From Perkinsela sp. CCAP 1560/9 (lineage: Eukaryota > Protista > Euglenozoa: Kinetoplastea), in assembly GCA_965644495.1 (NCBI GenBank), contig CBFFSA010000018.1:182952-246951 (forward strand): a DNA stretch of 64,000 nucleotides, given 5' to 3'. Shown piece by piece: positions 60,201 through 64,000 of this stretch; within the stretch, counting starts at the first letter, position 1; each line of letters opens with the position of its first letter. Below the pieces are notes generated by a model. That model ran no database searches. It worked only from the letters and a program-made list of their open reading frames with translations, and was not told the origin of the DNA. The translations under genes were made by a program, and so were the position numbers.

Positions 60201-61570
60201 ACGACTTCAATCGCGGCGATTCGCGTGTGCGTTGTCTCGGATCGCGCAACGCAAATCCATCAACATTCGGAGCGCGCAATCACGAGTGCATAAATCTTAT
60301 TTGGCGCACCGCTACGTGCTTCGCGTGGTCTCAGCTTTCGGTTTTCAGAAAAAGGCATATCAAAGTTTTGTGACTTCACGACTTCAATCGAGGCGATTTG
60401 CGTGTGCGGTGCCTCGGATCGCGCAACGCAAATCCATCAACATTCGGAGCGCGCACTCACGAGTGCATAAATCCACTTTGGCGCACCGCTGCTGCTGCGC
60501 GTGGTCTCAGTTTTTGGTTTTCAGAAAAAGGCATATCAAAGTTTTGTGACTTCACGACTTCAATCGCGGCGATTCGCGTGTGCGTTGTCTCGGATCGCGC
60601 AACGCAAATCCATCAACATTCGGAGCGCGCAATCACGAGTGCATAAATCCACTTTGGCGCACCGCTGCTGCTGCGCGTGGTCTCAGTTTTTGGTTTTCAG
60701 AAAAAGGCATATCAAAGTTTTGTGACTTCACGACTTCAATCGCGGCGATTCGCGTGTGCGTTGTCTCGGATCGCGCAACGCAAATCCATCAACATTCGGA
60801 GCGCGCAATCACGAGTGCATAAATCTTATTTGGCGCACCGCTACGTGCTTCGCGTGGTCTCAGCTTTCGGTTTTCAGAAAAAGGCATATCAAAGTTTTGT
60901 GACTTCACGACTTCAATCGAGGCGATTTGCGTGTGCGGTGCCTCGGATCGCGCAACGCAAATCCATCAACATTCGGAGCGCGCACTCACGAGTGCATAAA
61001 TCCACTTTGGCGCACCGCTGCTGCTGCGCGTGGTCTCAGTTTTTGGTTTTCAGAAAAAGGCATATCAAAGTTTTGTGACTTCACGACTTCAATCGCGGCG
61101 ATTCGCGTGTGCGTTGTCTCGGATCGCGCAACGCAAATCCATCAACATTCGGAGCGCGCAATCACGAGTGCATAAATCTTATTTGGCGCACCGCTACGTG
61201 CTTCGCGTGGTCTCAGCTTTCGGTTTTCAGAAAAAGGCATATCAAAGTTTTGTGACTTCACGACTTCAATCGAGGCGATTTGCGTGTGCGGTGCCTCGGA
61301 TCGCGCAACGCAAATCCATCAACATTCGGAGCGCGCACTCACGAGTGCATAAATCTTATTTGGCGCACCGCTGCGTGCTGCGCGTGGTCTCAGCTTTCGG
61401 TTCTCAGAAAAAGGCATATCAAAGTTTTGCGACTTCACGACTTCAATCGAGGCGATTTGCGTGTGCGGTGCCTCGGATCGCGCAACGCAAATCCATCAAC
61501 ATTCGGAGCGCGCACTCACGAGAGCATAAATCGACTTTGGCGCACCGCTGCTGCTGCGCGTGGTCTCAGT
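30285..61570 (+). repeat. 177-bp tandem satellite array (~177 monomers, 31.3 kb), candidate centromeric
   Basis: Uninterrupted head-to-tail monomers GACTTCACGACTTCAATCGAGGCGATTTGCGTGTGCGG...GGCATATCAAAGTTTTG(C/T). Period 177, some 176-bp variants. Confidence 0.98.
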
Positions 61571-61880
61571 CTTTGTATAAGTTTACGATTTGAAATTCAG
61601 GAGGGCAAACATTATGCTCCATACTGTTGTAGTTTTGGGCTTAGGAATATTATTCGAATTATATCACCGTTTTTTCTAATCATGAACAATTTGACATATA
61701 CACAATTATTTGACTATTTTAGAGACTATTTTCATCCGAACGTTACCACTAGTTTTTGTTTTTCATGTCGCACCAGTTGTTTGGCACTCCTGGTGCCCCT
61801 GAAGGGATTGAGTCACGTATCGAACAAGTTCTAAGTGCGGACCAAGTTGCGAATTTGTTGCGAGACGGAAATGGAGTTGA

Positions 61881-62376
61881 GGGTACGTCTCTACTTCGTT
61901 GAATATTCAACGAACAGGATTTTAATTTTTTTTCGAGCGAGTATTCGATTTTTTTAACATTTTAAATTGTCTCAACGGAGCAACAAAGGTAGCGCATGGT
62001 ACTAGAAACTCTTTTTCGGCAAGTCGATCTCATGTAGATTTCTGTTGTTGTAGTTTAACCCGTTTGGAGATTCCTGTGAATGAATGTGAAACGCACGGAT
62101 GAAACATGGTGTTAGATACGTCGTGTATTATTAGAAAATATAGGTGCAAGAAGGCCATGAAGCGACGCAAAAATGCTTTCGAAGTATTGCCAGTATCACT
62201 GTTGTTCATTCAAAATAGGATCCGCAAAAGAAAAAGGTCCTGTTTTCTACACATCAATATTAAAAAATAGTAAAAAATCGGTTCGTTGAATCGTTCAACG
62301 AACCGACGGCGCTTCGTTGAATATTCAACGAACGGACGGCGCTTCGTTGAATATTCAACGAAGTAGAGACATAGCC
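61881..62376. mobile_element. Non-autonomous Merlin-like DNA transposon (34-bp TIR, 8-bp TSD)
   Basis: GGAGTTGA|GGGTACGTCTCTACTTCGTTGAATATTCAACGAA ... TTCGTTGAATATTCAACGAAGTAGAGACATAGCC|GGAGTTGA. TIR match 32/34. Confidence 0.82.
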
Positions 62377-62641
62377 GGAGTTGATCCCATGACTGAGAAT
62401 GAAAAACAACAGTTCTCCAAGAAAGTTAGGAAATCCAGTTCGTGCTTTCACGTACATTAACAAAGAATATGAAAAGATATATTAAGAAGAAATATAACTG
62501 GAAATAGAACATAACGAAAATTCATTGAAATCGTCATACATGTAGATCAGTTTCTCAAAGAGTACAAGTCTCATCACATCAGCACAGTTTGAAACAATAT
62601 TCCGGAATTCCATAATCAAAGTAACTTGTGAACGGGAAGAC

Positions 62642-62687
62642 CCATCCCCTCAGCTCGCAGCCAACCATCCCCTCAGCTCGCAGCCAA
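62642..62687 (+). repeat. 23-bp perfect direct repeat x2 upstream of the gag-like ORF
   Basis: CCATCCCCTCAGCTCGCAGCCAA occurs twice in tandem. Confidence 0.9.
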
Positions 62688-62874
62688 ATGGCTGGGGGCT
62701 GGTGGGCGGGTGCGAAAACGAGTGAAGCTTTACCCAAATAGAATAGTCACTAATACAGTCACATAAGAATAAAATCAATTTCACGCGAAAATGCATACAG
62801 TTCATACACGTACATAATTATTAACAAACCCTATTCAAATATAATCCCTCCTGAATTTCAATCCGTAAACGACT

Positions 62875-63693
62875 TTGCTGGAGAAGGGATTTAAGGTGCA
62901 AATACAGGCAACATGGGCCGAGCGCGGTGAAGATGTGAATCAAACTGTTGTGGGTAAAGTATACCGTAAGAAGGCGAAAAACAGTGATGAGTTTGATATT
63001 TGGGCCCTGTGGGAGGATGATCCCGACAATGAGTATGAGTTCCCCCATCCGCTGATTGACTATTTCGCACTTTCTATCGTTAAAGTTTACAAGGCGATGC
63101 CAGGTGGACAGCCGCGTGATGAGCAGCTAGCTGCGCTGGAAGGAATGCAAGTTCGTGACCCATCTAAGTTTTCTTCATTTGTTCCTTTGACGTGGGCGGC
63201 TTGGATCGACTCTCTGGATGAATTTAAGCCGCGAGAGCTTGTTCGTGAGCTGCGTGAAACTCCGGAGCTGGGAGTTCGCTTCAATCCTCCGGCACATCGT
63301 GAGCGCTTGTTTGCCATATTGGTAAAGTGGATTTATGCAGCTAGAGTGATGGAAGGATGGAAAGATGAGCAATTCATTTGTATCGCGGAAATGCTCATCG
63401 AAGAGCTTCGAAATCATTATTGGGCAGCAGCGGGAGCTCCTGTAGAACGTGTTCAGCAGCGCCTTCACAAGGATGATGATCCTCAGGATCGTTACGGACA
63501 AATCATGACAGAGGAACAGCTGCGTGTGAATCGCCTACCACGGGTTGTGAAAGGAGCGCGTGTATGCTACAATTGTCGCCAAACTGGTCACGTTCGCGCT
63601 CAATGTCCTCGTTTGCAAAGCGGGGCACCACAACCGGTTTTTCGTGGGGGGGTGGCGAGCGGCGCCCAGACGGGCGTAAGACGCACACAATAG
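62875..63693 (+). CDS. Gag-like protein with CCHC zinc knuckle (retroelement ORF1; start unclear)
   Basis: CYNCRQTGHVRAQC near the C-terminus. Begins at TTG just after an in-frame stop, so a 5' frameshift is possible. Confidence 0.7.
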   Translation: MLEKGFKVQIQATWAERGEDVNQTVVGKVYRKKAKNSDEFDIWALWEDDPDNEYEFPHPLIDYFALSIVKVYKAMPGGQPRDEQLAALEGMQVRDPSKFSSFVPLTWAAWIDSLDEFKPRELVRELRETPELGVRFNPPAHRERLFAILVKWIYAARVMEGWKDEQFICIAEMLIEELRNHYWAAAGAPVERVQQRLHKDDDPQDRYGQIMTEEQLRVNRLPRVVKGARVCYNCRQTGHVRAQCPRLQSGAPQPVFRGGVASGAQTGVRRTQ

Positions 63694-64000
63694 GATTTGT
63701 GCCCCACCCCGACAAATGCTCGTGCCCGACCGTTGAGGATACGGCGGGTGAACTTACCAGGCTCTTCTCCGAATTCATCTTTATTCTTGCGAATGGAAAG
63801 TGCAAGTGCAGTGGAAAGAACGGATTTACCGAGACTTCAAATTCGGAGGGGAAAACACGTGTTCGGAACGGCAGCGCCTTTGGCAAGGGAACAAACGAGA
63901 TCAAACCTTTTATGCGATATACTCGGACTCAACCCAAAGGATCCGCACGGTCAGATCGTTCGGAAAGCAATCGAGCCCATGTGGGCAACAAGTACGTGGG
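63694..64000 (+). mobile_element. Start of retroelement ORF2, possibly a tyrosine recombinase N-terminus; truncated by the window edge
   Basis: The gag frame stays open after TAG, with ATG at 63793, and ends IVRKAIEPMWATSTW. The -1 frame is also open from ~63633 to the edge. Confidence 0.45.

Noticed and set aside
30285-61570. CRISPR array
   Set aside because: No unique spacers, the whole unit repeats, there are no cas genes and the context is eukaryotic.
30285-61570. Spliced-leader RNA or 5S rRNA tandem array
   Set aside because: Neither strand shows the kinetoplastid SL exon core (CAGTTTCTGTACT...TTG/GT) or recognisable 5S sequence.
30285-61570. T. brucei 177-bp minichromosome repeat
   Set aside because: Only the length is shared. 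That repeat is AT-rich, whereas this monomer is CpG-rich with slightly over half G+C.
29264-61593. Very long plus-strand ORFs (up to 1822 aa) of a basic 59-aa repeat
   Set aside because: 177 is divisible by 3, so one stop-free monomer frame propagates along the array. Common variants are mostly non-synonymous, stops (32948, 41807, 47645) and 1-bp deletions are amplified within HOR blocks, and starts are GTG. Treated as non-coding unless ribosome profiling shows otherwise.

Overview
Eukaryotic, kinetoplastid-type DNA; a Perkinsela-like prokinetoplastid is plausible but is an inference. 1-28.8 kb: intron-less genes, all on the minus strand as in a polycistronic cluster. They encode an EDEM-type GH47 mannosidase, a pRiA4b ORF-3 family protein, three related LRR proteins, a Tc-38/RBP38-type multi-domain protein, a carbonyl reductase SDR, RPA3, SRP receptor alpha, a PPR protein, a ubiquitin-less RPS27a and hypotheticals. 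The intergenic DNA holds many non-autonomous TIR elements, several TA-flanked with CAGT/CCGT ends, and a ~380-nt tRNA-headed, highly structured Pol III-type element between 19-bp direct repeats. 29.0-30.3 kb: a TCCAGGGG(G)n G-quadruplex-type block inserted into the first satellite monomer. 30.3-61.6 kb: a 31-kb head-to-tail array of ~177 copies of a 177-bp monomer with higher-order duplications and layered variants. 61.9-64 kb: a Merlin-like MITE with an 8-bp TSD and the 5' part of a plus-strand gag(CCHC) retroelement, probably of the tyrosine-recombinase type. The combination of G4 block, satellite and retroelement at the start of a gene cluster is a candidate centromere; this is inference and not demonstrated.
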